From NCBI RefSeq assembly GCF_964188315.1, contig NC_135659.1, forward strand, positions 56,854,001-56,918,000: DNA of 64,000 nt, written 5' to 3'. The translations under genes were made by a program, and so were the position numbers. How positions within the stretch are numbered: the stretch's first letter is position 1; each line of letters begins with the position of its first letter. Source of the DNA: Podarcis muralis (lineage: Eukaryota). The notes under the pieces were generated by a model that did no database searches, was not told the origin of the DNA, and saw nothing but the letters and a program-made list of their open reading frames with translations. Below are positions 62,879 to 64,000 of the stretch, one piece after another.

Positions 62879-63835
62879 TGTAGACGTGCCAGATCTGAAG
62901 AATAATTATGCTTTGATCCATGTGTCAGTCCAGGATGTGCAATTCAGAACAGATTACCTTAAAATGTAATTCTCCTCTATCCCTAAGACCAAGTCCTTGG
63001 CAACAATCATGCACCAGGGATCCATGACCCCAGAGTTTGTGATGCTGATGTGTGGATGTGTTGGGTGATGTGCCAATGCTGCACATACAAGCACTGCTGA
63101 CCCAGCTGTTGCCTGAAGCCAAGCACAAACAGGGTGGCTAACAAGCCCTGGACAATGTTTTAAACCATCCCTAAGAACATGGAGAGTAATGCTTTTCATT
63201 TCTACACTACTTTCTCTTCTTGTCAGCTTTGTTTGATTGCTGTGCGTCCTCTTTGGCGTCTTCTCCCGTTTCCCCAACACTGCCATACTGCAGTGCATAT
63301 TAATCTGAGAAATGCTTAGCAAGATATATGAGCATGTTGTAGCATTTTAACCTTTCCAGTGCTTTTCCCTTGGCCTCTGTCGTTCTATCCCTTCGCCTAT
63401 AAATTAGCATGAGCTCTCTCTGGAATGCAGGGCCTGCTCATTTCTTTTATGGCACAAAGTTAAAAGGCAGCTTCACCTTGGCTTACACTGAGTCGAAACC
63501 GCTGTATAACGGGCTAATTGGAAATTACCTTAACCTGCATCACACGGGAGCCCCTGTTGAGAGAGAGTGTTGCATATTTAGCTGCTGCTCTGGTCACTGC
63601 TGTAATTATAAATATCCTTCCACTCAGTGTATTTGACTCTTTGTTTACCCAGCATCCAAGAAATGCAGTAGCTCACTTTCCTGTCCTTATTACAAAAGAC
63701 AGCTGGCACCTTGAACATTGAAGTTCAATAAGTTTTGCAGACTCCAAAAATAGCATTTTAGTGCAAGTGGCTTTTGGAGGATGTGTAGTGGTTGCAACCA
63801 AGATTTAGTTTTTGTTTCCTTCTGCATTGATAAGC

Positions 63836-64000
63836 AGGAACATAGGAAGCTGCCTCATGAGTCGGATTATTGGCCCATCTAGCTCTGAATAGTCTACACT
63901 GGCTCATGATGGCTCTCCAGGATTGCAGTCCTGTTTAATGACACCAGAGATTGAACCCGGACCCTTTGTATACAAAGCACATGCTTTATCACTGAACTAT
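63836..64000 (-). mobile_element. Old tRNA-headed SINE
   Basis: aggaacataggaagctgcc...gattgaacccggaccctttgtatacaaagcacatgctttatcactgaacta. Confidence 0.7.

Overview
Vertebrate genomic DNA, very probably from a lacertid-type lizard, judged from Sauria SINEs, BovB/RTE, CR1, L2 and L1 LINEs and squamate MITEs. The window lies inside one minus-strand gene, the metabotropic glutamate receptor GRM4. Two canonical coding exons are visible: 9629-9764 (136 nt) and 1437-1591 (155 nt), encoding part of the Venus-flytrap ligand-binding domain. Everything else is intron: about 8 kb between the exons and more than 54 kb upstream, where I could not find the preceding exon. The introns carry many transposon remnants, several with target-site duplications (TSDs) that can be read directly. 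Nearly all ORFs in the supplied track are TE fragments or chance ORFs. I found no clearly new biological system. The best leads are: (1) a candidate intronic alternative first exon that would splice in frame into GRM4, together with a Met shift relative to the mammalian taste-mGluR4 start; (2) a minimal hammerhead ribozyme motif in a Penelope palindrome, sense to the GRM4 pre-mRNA; (3) a Tc1/pogo-type element carrying a structured ~100-bp minisatellite; (4) a young L1 insertion with an intact ORF2 tail.
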